From Lingula anatina (Eukaryota; Animalia; Brachiopoda): a stretch of 64,000 nucleotides of DNA. Position 1 is the first letter of the stretch. Every line of letters begins with the position of its first letter. The notes beneath the pieces were generated by a model. That model was not told the DNA's origin. It ran no database searches and saw nothing but the letters and a program-made list of their open reading frames with translations. The stretch spans positions 9,424,001 to 9,488,000 of the forward strand of contig CM120649.1 in assembly GCA_051362555.1 (NCBI GenBank). The letters run 5' to 3'. The position numbers and the translations under genes were made by a program. Shown here one piece after another: positions 37,501-51,239 of the stretch.

Positions 37501-38051
37501 AGATAATGGGCCCCAGAAATTAAGGTTAAGTCTGTGCTGTCATCTGTGATAAAGTCTGAGTTGACTTTTGTTCTGGCATTGAAATCCCCTTGAATAATTA
37601 TATCACAGTTAGCTGACACTGTTGTAAGTTCAGCTTTAAGTTTATCATATGGGTCTGCATTTGCATTGATCACAGAGTTGAGGGGACTTATGTAGACTGT
37701 GACAAGGATGACATCACGCCTAAACCCAAAGTAGAATTTGCTCAATTTAAGCATCAGAATATCTTCACACTTGCTTTCTAACTTGGTAACTCCAGCACTC
37801 ACTGATTTTCTAACAAATGCTACAATCCCACCTGAGTTTCTCTTGGCTCTCTTTGATTTTTTCCTACAACTACTGTATGATACAAAGCCTGGAATTTCTA
37901 TCTTGCTATCATTATCAGACCAGGTCTCCACTAAAGCTAATATATCAAAACTAGAAATTTTCTTCACTAGTTCAGCATCTTCCAGCTTACAGCCTACTCC
38001 ATGGATGTTCCATGAGCCAACTTTGATGCTATCCGAATGTACTTTTTTCAT
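34521..38051 (-). pseudogene. LINE ORF2 (AP endonuclease, reverse transcriptase, C-terminal CCHC) interrupted by one in-frame TAG at 36252-36254
   Basis: SWNIHG, LVETW, GDFNA, SIVDY, SDH; NYRGISITSCLGKLYN*VLLNRI; QTGF, FIDFSKAFDSV, GVKQGDTLSP, LYADD; CRLC...EDEYHFIFQC. The two ORF-track ORFs share one frame. Confidence 0.93.
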
Positions 38052-38383
38052 TATATAAAGACTGATTTTAATGAACAAGGCAGTGGATCCTTGCTGACAT
38101 CACTTAATTTGGAATTAAACTAAATATTTTTTTTTTAACACTGATAGTAATGGTGCACATATGCATGAATGTAAAGATTACCTACAACAACTTTAACAAT
38201 TTCAGATTTGAACAACTTTTTTACAGTAACAATTGGTTAAAACATTTTGTACTTACTGAGTTGGTTGGACTTCATAAGAGTAAATAATGGCGTGGACATT
38301 TGGAGTACTTATTATGTATACACATTACTTTTCCTTAATACTTTTCAGTTCTTTGTTTCTCAACCTTGTTTACATATGCTCAT

Positions 38384-39136
38384 TTAATCCCAGGAGCGAG
38401 TGTCAAAATGAGTGCCTGAGAAAATTTGCTGTCTGCTATATGGCCAATATCTCTCATCCCTGTCATGTTGTGGCTGCCTGCCATGGATGTATAGCTGTGG
38501 TTCTCTTCTGCGTACGTATCCCCATGAAACATTGGTTTTCCCCCACTTTCTATGTTGATGATGTGACTTTGGGGAGAGTAAGTGTCTAGAGTCTCCATAT
38601 GTCTGACGGCGGTAAGTGTCTTGGGTATGACTAACAGGTTTGACATCTCTGCGGGTCTGAATAATGACGGGGATGTTCTGCCCATTTGCTGTGTTGCAGT
38701 CATTGTCTTCATGGAAAGGTGGAATTCCAGATCTGTGCACACCTAGTGAGTGTTTGGTATGAAGTAGTAGACGAGGGAGTCCATGTCTATCATTTAGGTG
38801 TACATTGTCATGAAACATCCTTTTGTTCACTTTTCCAGAGTTATAACAGACAACTGGGTCATTGTTTTGAAATTTCAGCTTTTGTTTCTCACACACTTTC
38901 TCAATGGACCTGTTGATATTATTTATTTCATAGTAACTCTTGTCTTGCCGTGGAAGAATACTTGACATGATGATTGAAGCCTTTGTAAACTTTTTCTTAG
39001 CTGTAGATGCTAGTTTATCATATGCTATCCCTGGTGTCATTGTGCCATCTGCAAAGTATTTCAGATCATTAGTCCCTGTATGTAGCACAACACTGTCAAA
39101 GTCTGTTTTATCACATTCTTGGATAGCTTTTATCAT
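38384..39136 (-). CDS. LINE ORF1 C-terminal part with SGNH esterase domain (N-terminus missing)
   Basis: VVLHTGTNDL (GxND block) and FHDNVHLN (DxxH block), followed by a Q/R/H-rich tail. No GDS block upstream. Confidence 0.8.
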   Translation of the reverse strand: MIKAIQECDKTDFDSVVLHTGTNDLKYFADGTMTPGIAYDKLASTAKKKFTKASIIMSSILPRQDKSYYEINNINRSIEKVCEKQKLKFQNNDPVVCYNSGKVNKRMFHDNVHLNDRHGLPRLLLHTKHSLGVHRSGIPPFHEDNDCNTANGQNIPVIIQTRRDVKPVSHTQDTYRRQTYGDSRHLLSPKSHHQHRKWGKTNVSWGYVRRREPQLYIHGRQPQHDRDERYWPYSRQQIFSGTHFDTRSWD

Positions 39137-39303
39137 TTCTTCTACCCCACCACGTATATTCTACCCCACCACGTATATAATGTATACTTCCCTTTTAGCC
39201 AACAAAGAAACAAGAATACAGAATGCAATCACTGTTTAGTCTCTTTCTTTTAAAACTATGATCAATTGCTTGCCAAAATGTTTCTTCAAATGCAGTTAAA
39301 TCT

Positions 39304-39304
<1 letters not shown>

Positions 39305-39349
<45 letters not shown>
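39305..39349. repeat. Poly(A) tract
   Basis: About 45 consecutive A. Confidence 0.9.
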
Positions 39350-39350
<1 letters not shown>

Positions 39351-42300
39351 ATTTCCTTTCATTTTTGGTTTGTGGTTTATTAAATATTATTTATATAATT
39401 TTATCTGTCTCTTACTGTGTTACTTGAACAAATGGATATTTGTTGAATAATTGTTTATTTCAGGTGATCCTAGAGAGTAAACAACATACAGAACCTGGCA
39501 TGACAAGACTGGAAGGGACAGACTTTGCTGTGAATATCTATAGTTGGTGGCTCATAGAAACTTTCACAAAGTGTACCAAAATGTCAAGTAACTTTGTGAT
39601 AAAGAAGTTACTAGAGAGTTTTTTCAGCCCTTTATATGAACGATAAACACTTGAACTTGATTTTAGGACTTATCAAACAGTAATGTGTATATTGATGTTT
39701 TTTGTCCTCCACATGGATCTTTAAGATTTGGATGTTAAGCTTTGTGCACAGTGTGGTGAATTTGTAGGACTTTATGGTATACTCTTTTTTAGATGGATGG
39801 AGCAGGACAGAATGAGTAAAGAAGAGAAATGTGGCAGAGAGACCTAAAGAAGAGAAATATGGACATGGCTTGGATATTGCTGATTTTGTTCGATTTTTTA
39901 ATTTGATTAATAAATCACAAAATATGACTGTAATTTCTTGTTTGTTGTTGATAAACAGATTTATCAATATTTCTGTTCAATGACAGTACAGATGGTAGGT
40001 GTGCAAAAAGTACAGTGAAGCCGTACGAGACGGGCTGGGACTAAAACCATGAGTACCTCCAGCATACACACTGGTGGCACTAATAAATACATTGTAAATA
40101 ACTCATAGAAATATAATAAATACTATTTTCCCACCAAAATGGTGGTTATTGCAATTTTTCTGGAATGTGTGGTTGCCAGTGGACCATCACAGATGGCTAA
40201 CCTCTGTTACAATCTCTTAAGAGATGCGGGAAACACTAAATATTCTTTTAGGTAAAGTGCTTTTTCATGTAAGGATAGACAAAATTATATAAATATTTGG
40301 TTGACATTTTATCATGTCATATGATTTTTTCTTAAAACATATTTCATTCATGATATATGTATGACTGTCATTTGTCATCTAAAATCAGATAAGAGTAGAC
40401 ACTCACCTTTTTATTTATGTTTTACAACAATAATAATGATAATCACTTTAAGTTACTGTTGTACATATAATGATTCCTCTTAGATAAAGTGCATAAGGTG
40501 TGTGTGCTGCAGGTAATAAAGAGACCCTCAATTTGGAACTAAAAAAATGTTGCGAACCAGGCAAAATTAATTTTATTTTAAATGACATTATAACTGTATT
40601 TCAGCATATTAATTTTTCTCATAAAATTAACTTAGAGGGCTATTTTATTACTTCACTTGCACCGTTTTGTTCAAATCTTACAATTATTTTTCTCCAAAAT
40701 TGTATAAAAATGAAGACATAAATACAGTACAGTATTATACCCTTGATTTAGATGCTAGTTCACATGAATTGTTAACAAGTCCATCAGCAAACACCATTTT
40801 CAAAAAAATACTAACAGCATCCTATATTTGCAACTTATATAAATGGTAATAATACAAATATATTTTTAAAATTGTTATGGAATGCCCAATGTTATGCAAA
40901 AGTTTCATCCAATAATCTGTATATATAATATTTGATAGAAGTACAAGTATATATAATAGTAACATAATTTCCAGGATTTGATACACATATACCAGCTGCA
41001 GCCTCTTATGGAATTATACTGGATCTATTATCATGCTTGTAAATAAGACATGTCACACTTATAATCACTGGACCAGTTAAGATTCCTGTTTGCACTTGTA
41101 TAATTTATAAGTCATAAGTGTTGCATTATGAGATAATTAACCTGATCTTATGCCCAACAGGTATTATTTTGAGGTGCCTTTTGTCTGCAACAACTGAAAA
41201 TCAAGAAAAAGATAAATTGTTATCATAGCCCACATCAAACCAAAGGGCAAACTCAGTGGCATTTCCAGACAGACGTACATAACCCATCTATTTTGGAAGC
41301 TACAAAGAGTCTGGAATTTTAAGTATCAAAAACAGTGAGATCCTCAAAGGCTTTCTCTGGGCACAGTCAACTTTAAGGCAATTAAATGAATTTGCTAACT
41401 CAATCCATACATTTTAATATTAATGCATGTCCGGAAAATAAATAATGTCCATTATGTCTTTCTTAGAATTACATTTTTAGTATTTTAAATGTAACTTCCA
41501 ACTCTTACTTGTAAAAAATATTATAATTCTCATAATCATTATTTTAAGAAAATTAAATTCCTGTATTTCCTAAACTGAGAGTGGCTATGTTTAGCCTAAG
41601 CTTTAAAATGTCTGGCTGGCAGATCTTTGTCCAACCCTTATTCCAACAGGTGCTCCACTTTCTGAATAAAATTTTAAAAATAATAACAAAATCATTTATA
41701 TAATAAGAAAAAAAGGAAAACCCCCACACTAAGTAATAAATAAATAATTTATTTTCATTGCCCTATGAATGTTTCACTTGGGGGCTCTTCAGTGGTGTAC
41801 AAGTTTAGGACTTATATTGAAATGTGTGCTTCCTAGGTAACATAACTCACATGTACATATATACACCATAGCCCACAAGTGTAGCCATCTAGTTTTTTTT
41901 TGTGGTCAATGGTGACAAACTGGCACCCAATTTCTTTTCTTCTGGAAAAGTTGCTGAAAATGCATTACAAGAAAAATTATACGTCTCAACCTAATCATAA
42001 TATTGAATTGTTTACACTTTGCTCACATAAAAGACATAATTAATATAAACATATTATTAATGCAATACAATATGACATATTTATTTATCATTTTTTAAAA
42101 TGTTTTAAATTTAGCTACCCCCAATTTCTTGTGATTATGTCCTCTTCTTGGCCAGTCTCTCCATGAGAATTGACAAAGGTGTATTTCCCCTCCTTCCACA
42201 ATACTATAGGTTCAAGTGAAATAATAAGCCCCAGTCATTACAACGTATTTTCGAAGTAGCACAAAATGCAACAATTGGTGTTGGTGTGGCGAATTAATCA

Positions 42301-42528
42301 AACATCAGCTCTAATACAGAGTCTTAAACTCTCCAAATTATGTCTTTTAAATACACAAATAAATGAAGACTTTTTTTGTGAAACAGGACAATTAATAATG
42401 GCATAGATTTGTAATTGCCTAATTTAAAGGCGATTTTATAGCAGTGTTACAGTTATGGGAGAGACTGCCTACATAAGTAAAAAAAACCGAAATCCAAAAT
42501 TTAAATCTGATAAGGGTTGAATACTTAC

Positions 42529-42594
42529 ATGTACCAAGGCAGAGTAGTGTCCTCATCTAATGCAAACTCCCAGGTTATATTATCCAAGGTCTTT
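42529..42594 (-). CDS. Candidate isolated 66-nt exon of an unidentified - strand gene
   Basis: tgtgttttttatatAG acceptor, GTAAGT donor, symmetric phase; KTLDNITWEFALDEDTTLPWY. Protein not recognised. Confidence 0.35.
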
Positions 42595-43099
42595 CTATAT
42601 AAAAAACACAGAAAAAAAAACATAAATAGAAGCAAGTGGAATTGAACTCAAATTAATCTATTCACTGCAACTGGGACAGGAAACTATTACTATAAATGAA
42701 TGCCACCAAACCTATATATCTATGAAAATTTTAAAAAGAAACGAAACTATTGAGAATCATGATGTTTTTTAAACATAAATATGGAAGGTTACCTTTTAAA
42801 AAACTATTACATATATATTAATGAATTTTATAAAATGCCAGTACAGTTAAAGGTGTTTAAAACAAAAGCCAATGTTTTCATCATACTATTTGAGGTTTAA
42901 ATTATAATACCGACCACAAAAGACAGTGCAATCGCCTTTGAAGGTACATATGAACAGAGCATTGGTGGAGCATGGATTCCCAGTAACATATATAAACCAC
43001 TTCTACTAGTTTCTTATACAACTCAAATGAATTTGACACGCCAAGGGATAAACTGAATAAATCACTGGATCAGCCATAGAAGAGCTTTAGACTGCTCCT

Positions 43100-44313
43100 T
43101 TTTATGTACAGACACAGATGTGTCTGTACATATAGCCATCACCTACGTCTGTCATCACCATCGCTGTTGCCGTCGCTGTTGCCGTCGCTGTCGCCGTTGC
43201 CGTGCACTTTTACAGTAAACACGAAAAGTGTAAAACAGTTTTACCTTTTGGCTTGAAACTTACAGAACTGATGAATATTCATAATACGCAGGTCAAGTTA
43301 AAAAATCAGCATGATTGGGCTATTTTTTGGGAAGTTAAGGGTTTTTTTTTTGCTTTTTTCAGCATATATGCAACACCGTAAACACAATAAGTGAAAACCG
43401 TCTTTTTGGCTTGAAACTTACAGAACTGATGAATATTCATAATACACAGGTCAAGTTTGAAAATCAGCATGATTTATAAAAGTTATGCTGTTTTTTCCAT
43501 TTTTTCAGCATTTATGCAACACCGATAACACAATAAGTGGAAACCCATTTTTCTTTTTGGATTGAAACTTACAAATCTGATGAATATCTATAATACGCAG
43601 GTCAAGTTCGAAAATTGGCATGATCGGGCCATTTTTATGGAAGTTATGCTGTTTTTTTTTCACTTTTTTCAGCATGTATGCAACACCTATAACACATTTT
43701 AAGGAAAATTGATTGGCCAATTGTCTTGTAATTCACAGGAGTGATCAGTATAACTAAGATACAGATTCAGTTTTGAAAATAAGTTTGATCAGTTAAGTTT
43801 TGGTTAAGTTATGCCTTTTTTTGTATATAAGTGTTTTTTCTTTAAATTTAATTCTCACCATTCTCATTTTTTAACTAATTTAGATATGTTAAGTTGTTCT
43901 TTTGACATTTTCTGCATCTTAACAATATTGTTAGTTGATTATATGAAAATAACGGTAAACCTATTATTGTGTATTGTGTAATAAAGTGTCAAAAATGGAA
44001 ATAAACTCATATCTTAACAGTTTGTCAGATTCAATTATTCACCATGTTCAGAATCTCTGAATGGAGGAAATTGGACATTTTAAATTGTTCTATTGATATT
44101 TTTCCTATGTCAATAATTTTTCTAGTTGATCATTTAAAAATGAAAGTAAATTGATTATTTTGCTTAATGTAAAAAAGGTGTTGTAAATGGAAATAATCCC
44201 ATTTCTAGCTATCTCTTGTTTACATTTTGGCATTTAGAAAGTGTGACTCTGAACTTCCATGACCTTGAAGACCTCTCCATATCACATTTTCTGAATATCC
44301 ATGATACTTTTAT
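43100..44313 (+). mobile_element. HINE copy (5' part), interrupted by another HINE
   Basis: Canonical head, microsatellite and ~3 monomers; breaks at atgatacttttattttt. Confidence 0.82.
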
Positions 44314-45865
44314 TTTTATGTACAGACACAGATGTGTCTGTACATATAGCCATCACCTGTGTCTGTCGTCGCCCTCGTCGCCATGCACTTTTACTGATAA
44401 CATGATAAGTGGAAAACTTTTTTTTATTTCAGCTTGAAACTTACAGAATTGAAGAATATTCATAATAGGCAGGTCAAGTTAAAAAATCAGCATGATCAGG
44501 TCACTGGTAGGGAAGTTATGCTGTTTTTTCACTTTTTTCAGCATATATGCAGCACCGATAACAGGATAAGTGGAAAACCATTTTACTTTTTGGCTTGAAA
44601 CTTTAAAAAATGATGAATATTCATAATACGCAGGTCAAGTTTGAAAATCAGCATGATCGGGTCATTTTTAGGGAAGTTACGCTGTTTGTTCACTTTTTTC
44701 AGCATATATGCAACACCGATAACACGATAAGTGAAATACCGTTTTACCTTTTGGCTTGAAACTTAAAGAACTGATGAATATTCATATCACACAGGTCAAG
44801 TTCGAAAATCAGAATGATCGGGCCATTTTTAGGGAAGTTATGCTGTTTTTTTCACTTTTTTCAACACATATTTAATACAGATAAAAGGAAAACCTTCAGC
44901 CTTCTGCCTTTCGTCTTGCAACTCACAGGAGTGATCAATCTGACCAGTATACAGATTAAGTTTGAAAATAAGCTTGATCAGTTAAGTTTTGATGAAGTTA
45001 TTAGCCTTTTTTTATATAAGTGGTTTTTCTTCAGATTTAATTCTTAGGCATGTTAACAGTCTCATTATGGAACTAATTAGATATGTAAAAGCGTTGTTTT
45101 GACATTTTCTGCTTCTTAACAATATTGTTAGTTGATTACATAAAAATGACGGTAAACCTATAATCGTGCATTGTGTAATAAAGTATCAAAAATGGAAAGG
45201 AACTCATCATTGCAGTTCATCAGATTCAATCATTCACTATGTTCAGAATCTCCGAATGGAGCAAATTGGACATTTAAAATTGTTCTACTGATATTTTTCC
45301 TATGTCAACAATTTTGCTAGTTGATCATTTAAAAATGACAGTAAATTGATTATTTTGTTTTATGTAAAAAAGGTGTTGAAAATGGAAAGAAAATCATTTC
45401 AGAACAGTTATCTCTTGTTTACATTTTGGCATTTTGAAAGTGTGACTCTGAACTTCCATGGCCTTGGAGAACTTTCCATATTACATTTTCTGAATATCCA
45501 TGATACTTTTATTTTTTTATAAAAAAAATTGATGGTCATTATGCTGTTAAGTATTATGTTATATTGCATGAAAGTTGAAGAAAACCCTATTTTGGACACT
45601 GCTGCTAGGATAGCAATTAAGGGAAAACCATGTTACTTATGATACTCAAACTTACTGAAAAGTTTCATAAGACTGAAGTGCAGCTTGTGTTGGAAAACCA
45701 GTGTGATTGTTTTCTGTTTTGGAAGCAATGCAGTTCTTTAGAGTACTATATGGTGCAATAAATGTATATGGATAAAGGTGCAATAAATGTATATGGATAA
45801 ATGAGATTACACAAAACACTCGTTGAGATTTCCCTGTAAAGTCCCATTGGTTTAGCTCTCTTACC
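44314..45865 (+). mobile_element. HINE copy nested in the previous one, 3' end lost
   Basis: Canonical head inserted in a T run; the body ends at a LINE fragment. Confidence 0.82.
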
Positions 45866-46325
45866 ATTGTATCCAGTTTACACTATACGATGTATAAAGT
45901 ATTGGCTGAAATTCATTAGGATAGAACAGAGAAGTACCCCAGAGCTTGCTATAATATGTTGCGTACACTAGATGAACATGGAAGGACTAACTGGGTGACT
46001 AAAGTGAAACAAATAATTCATATGTATGGTTTTGGTTATATATATGCATGGATAGCACAAGATGTGGGTGTTATAAATACCTTTGTAAGCCAGTTTTTAC
46101 TAAGGCTGAAGGACTGTGCTAGACAAAATTGGGTTGAAAGCATACAAAAAGGTCCAAAACTTTGTGAAAACTATGCATTGTTTAAGAGTTTGTTAGAACC
46201 TGAAAAATATTAATTTGACGTAAATATTAGGAAATAGAGAGTAGCATTTTCAAGATTCAGGGCTTCAAATCAAAGACTTGCAATAGAAACTGGTAGACAT
46301 GAAAATTTACAAAAAATAGATAGAA
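45866..46325 (+). mobile_element. RTEX-like LINE ORF2 C-terminal fragment
   Basis: NWVTKVKQIIHMYGFGYI...LKDCARQNW...SLLEPEKY; AFSRFRASNQRLAIETGRH. Confidence 0.82.
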
Positions 46326-48241
46326 GAAACAACAAAGACATTGACAGTGATCAGAATACATACAAACACATTCAATGTCACAACAGACAATGCACAGTGA
46401 TCAGAATGTATACATGAAATTTTGTCTATATAAAGATTTACCCCCCCCCCAACTCTGAAGAGTTAACATTAACCATTGTCACCTTAAAATATATATAACT
46501 TGAGTGGGATCTAATTAAGTGACCCTTTTTCAAAATAATAATTTCTAAAGGTATAACATATAGCGGCAATGGTCACAATGGGATTAAAGAGAATTGCCAG
46601 TGTAGCAATATCATTGTTGTACTGACCTGTGATGAGGCTGCAAGGTTGAGATGAGTTCAGCAGTGCTCAGAGAGATGATAATCCAGGAAACACCTTCATC
46701 TCTACTGAAAACAGATAATAAATCATCAATAAAAGATATATATGTAGACACAGACAGTAGTTATAACACAGAAATAACACCAGTGATCAAAATATATTAT
46801 TATATTATAATAAACACATACAGCAACAATAAAGAAATATATAGACAGTGATGAGAATACATTCAGGCACATTTTATGTCACAACAGACAATGCATAGGT
46901 ATCAGAATGTATACATAAAATTTTGTCCATATGAAGATTTATGCTAAGCAAACCCTCGCCTCTCCAACTCCGAACAGTTCACATTAACCCTTGTCTCCTT
47001 GAAAATATATAAGTGAGTGGGATCTAAGTGAACCTTTTCCAAAATAATAATTTCTCAGGTATAACATATAGGGGCAATGGTCACAATGGGATTGAAGAGA
47101 ATCGCCAGTGTAGCAATATCGTTATTGCACCGACCTGTGGTGATGATGAGAGGTTGAGATGAGTCCAGCTGATCAGAATACATACAGACTCATTCAATGT
47201 CACAACAGACATTGCACAGGCATCAGAATGTATACACAAAATTTTGTCTATATCAAGATTTTTTGCTAAGTGCACAACTGCCTCCCACCCCCACCCAAAT
47301 CTCAATAGTTCACATTAACCCTTTATTGTCACCTTGAGCATATCTAAAACTGAGTACGAATGATATAATGGCACAATATTACAGATATAGAGATTTTTCT
47401 CCTGGTCATGTACGTACGTGTTATATAATACTGTAATATTTTCAAAATACTGGATAAGCTGAACACTTCTTTGTTTTGAGAAAATTGTATTCTAAAGATA
47501 ATACAACTTACAAAATTGGCATAGAATTATTTAGTTTAGTTATTTAAAATCGATTTTGAAGTTGTTTGAGTTTTTTTAATAATAAATTCTCATATATCTC
47601 TCTTACCACACCCTCCCACAAACAAGCTCTCACTAGCTCTCCCCCCCTCTCTCTCTCTATCTTTCTCTCACTCTCTCTCTCTCTCTCTCACACACACACA
47701 TACACTAACTCTCTCTCTCTCTCTTTGTCTGTCTCACACACACACACACATTCATGCTGCCGCCAAGTGGATAAAGCAAGCACTACATTGTAAAATGCAG
47801 CAATGGGAAGAGCATGCCCAAGCAGTAAAGTATCATATCTTGAAATAGAAAATATGTAACAAACCAAAGGAAAATGCACAAATTGATTTCTATAATTCAT
47901 TTAAATAAATTGTACACAAAATAGAATTCAAATGACTGCTCATGAGTGAAAAGTGCACTGTTTAAAATAAACAAGTTGGTAAAATTGACAAAGTCTGCCG
48001 GTGTTTATCTGCTGGTTGATTTTATTTATTTTGCCCTCGGCTGTTGTTTTGAAAATTTATATTAGAAACATTCTATTGAGTTTATGTTTTAAAAAGTAAA
48101 TCCATTGGAATTTCCTTAGAATAATAGGGGTCTTAATTCCTGGGTCAAAATCTGGTTGGGCCATTTTGGCCCACTTGGTCAAAAAAAGTGAGCCATTTTT
48201 AAAAAAATGTGTAACACAGAGATCAAAATATATAATTAAAT

Positions 48242-48417
48242 CAGGCCCGTAGCCAGGGGGGGGGGGGGGGTTCGGGGGTTAGAAAGAACCGCCCCTTTTG
48301 CTGGAAAAAGGTCCTTTCTGGATAAAATTTGATCTAGGTACATGAAGTTTTCATTGGAAAAGGTCCACATTTTTCCGAATAAGAACCCCCCTTTTGAAAT
48401 TGCTGGCTACGGGCCTG
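48242..48417. mobile_element. ~175-bp MITE with poly-G tract (also 51686-51873, 56104-56278, 60661-60834)
   Basis: TIR CAGGCCCGTAGCCAG / CTGGCTACGGGCCTG. Flanks TAAAT/TATAT compared with the empty paralogous site at 46785-46815 suggest a 5-bp TSD. Confidence 0.82.
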
Positions 48418-49364
48418 TATATTATAATAAACACATACAGTGACAATAAAGACATACATGTGGACAGTGATCAGAATACATACATACACATTCAATGTCT
48501 CAACAGACAATGCAAATTAAGGCATCAAGATGTATACATGAAATTTTGTTTATATCAAGGTGTTTGCTAAGTGAACCCTCGCCCCCCAACTCCAAACAGT
48601 TCACATTAACCCTTGTCACCTTGAACACATTAAAACTGATTTGGATTTCAATGACCCATTTCCAAATGATAATATCCCAGTTACAATTTAACATATATAT
48701 AGTGGCGGTGGTCACAATGGGATTGAAGAAAATCACCAGTGCAGCAATATCGTTGTTGCACTGACATGTGCTGAGGCTGCGAGGTTGAGATCATTTCGGC
48801 TATCCTCAGTGTGATGATAATCCAGGAAACACACCTTCAACTCTACTGAAAATAGATGATATATCATCACTTAAACTTTTTATAGACACATACAGTATAG
48901 TTACATCACAGAAATAACACAGTTATCAGGTTATATTATTATATTATAATTAACACATACAGAAACAACAAAGACATTGACAGTGATCAGAATACATACA
49001 AACACATTCAATGTCACAACAGACAATGCACAGTGATCAGAATGTATACATGAAATTTTGTCTATATAAAGATTTATCCCCCCCCCCAACTCCGAAGAGT
49101 TAACATTAACCATTGTCACCTTAAAATATATATAACTTGAGTGGGATCTAATTAAGTGACCCTTTTTCAAAATAATAATTTCTAAAGGTATAACATATAG
49201 CGGCAATGGTCACAATGGGATAAAAGAGAATTGCCAGTGTAGCAATATCATTGTTGTACTGACCTGTGATGAGGCTGCAAGGTTGAGATGAGTTCAGCAG
49301 TGCTCAGAGAGATGATAATCCAGGAAACACCTTCATCTCTACTGAAAACAGATAATAAATCATC

Positions 49365-51239
49365 AACAAGGCAGCAAAGCTGTCAAATGTACAGACAAAG
49401 AACAGAAAATAAAGATGCAAATAAGTGAAAAATTAAATTTTCACAAAAAACTGTTAAATTGCCAGAAAAATTTACCAAACAGACTGCGTTGCCTATTGAA
49501 GCTGTATGTTAGACCCATGTTTCTTTCCTGTAAGTTTGAGAACAGTAAGTGACATGATTTCCCTTAAATGGTCATCATAGGAGCAGTGCCCAAAATAGGG
49601 GTTTCTTCAAATTTTGATGCAACATTACATAATGTTTAACAGCATAATGACAATCAAATGTTATTAATAAAATATAAGTAACATGGACATTCAGAAAATG
49701 TGACAAGCAAAAGTCTTCAAGATCATGGAACTTTAAAGTCACACCTTGAAAATGCCAATATGTGAAAAATTAAATTTTCACAAAAAACTGTTTAACTGCC
49801 AAAATAAATAAATAAATAAATAAAAATACCAAACAGACTGCATTGCCTACTGAAGCTGTATTTTAGTCCCATGTTTCTTTCCTGTAAGTTTGAGAACAGT
49901 AAGTGACATGATTTTCCTTAAATGGTCATCATGGAAGCAGTGCCCAAAATAGGGGTTTCTTCAAATTTTGATGCAATATTACATAATGTTTAACAGCTTA
50001 ATGACCATCAATTTTTAATTATAAAATATTTGTTTCACAGATATTCAGAAAATGTGACTAGCAAAGGTCTTCAGGCCCATGGAACTTCAAAGTCACGCCT
50101 TGAAAATGCCAAAATGTAAACAAGACAGCACTGTTCTGAAATGGGTTTATTTCCATTTTTAACACTTTTTTAACATAAAACAAAATAAACATTTTACTGC
50201 CATTTTATATGACCAACTAAGAAAATTGATGAGATGGGAAAAGTATCAATAGAACAGTGTTAAATGTCCAATTTCCTCCATTCTGAGATTCTGAACATAG
50301 TGGATGATTGAATCTGACAAACTGCAATGATATGAGTTTATTTCCATTTTTGACACTTTATTACACAATACATGATAACAAGTTTACCATGTTTTTTACA
50401 TAATCAACTAACAATGTTGTAAAGATGCAGGAAATATCAAACAAACACTTTTAGGCATCTTATTAGTTAAATAATGAGACTGTTAACATGCCTAATAATT
50501 GAATCTGAGGAAATGTGAAAAACAGTATAACTTCTAAAATAATGGCCTGATTATGCTGATTTTCGAACTCAACCTGCGTTTTAGTAAGATTGACCACTCC
50601 TGTGAGTATGATTACAATTGGCCAATCCGTTTTTCTTATATTGTGTTATCAGTGTTGTATTTATATTGAAAATAGTGAAAAAACAGCATAAATTCCCTAA
50701 AAATGGCCCAATCATGCTGATTTTCGAACTTGACCTGCGTATTATGAATATTCATCAGTTCTGTAAGTTTCAAGTCAAAAGGTAAAATGGTTTTCCACTT
50801 ATCGTGTTATCGGTGCTGCATATATGCTGAAAAAGTGAAAAAACTGCATAAATTCCCTAAAAGTGACCCGATCATGCTGATTTTCGAACTTGACCTGCGT
50901 ATTATGAATATTCATCAGTTCTGTAAGTTTCAAGTCAAAAGGTAAAATGGTTTTCCACTTATCGTGTTATCGGTGCTGCATATATGCTGAAAAAAGTGAA
51001 AAAACAGCATAAATTCCCTAAGAGTGACCCGATCATGCTGATTTTCGAACTTGACCTGCGTATTATGAATATTCATCAGTTCTGCAAGTTTCAAATCAAA
51101 AGGCAAAATGGTTTTCCACTTATCGTGTTATCGGTAAAAGTGCACGGCGACGGCGACGACGGCAACGACGGCGACGACGGCGACGACAGACGCAGATGAT
51201 GGCTATATGTACAGACACATCTGTGTCTGTACATAAAAA
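49365..51239 (-). mobile_element. HINE copy in the array (3 monomers)
   Basis: Near-identical reverse complement of 2497-4195. Confidence 0.9.

Larger units (their letters stand above)
34095..39178 (-). mobile_element. Near full-length RTEX-like non-LTR retrotransposon, 5'-truncated in ORF1
   Basis: Esterase ORF1, APE-RT ORF2, 3' UTR ending AATAAA(TTGAA)3, and a 19-bp duplication at the 5' junction. The clade is inferred from domain architecture. Confidence 0.9.

Noticed and set aside
48495-48764. Recurrent 89-aa ORF (four copies) as a gene family
   Set aside because: Lies in tandem-repeat sequence with no splice structure or recognisable domain; it recurs only because the DNA is duplicated.
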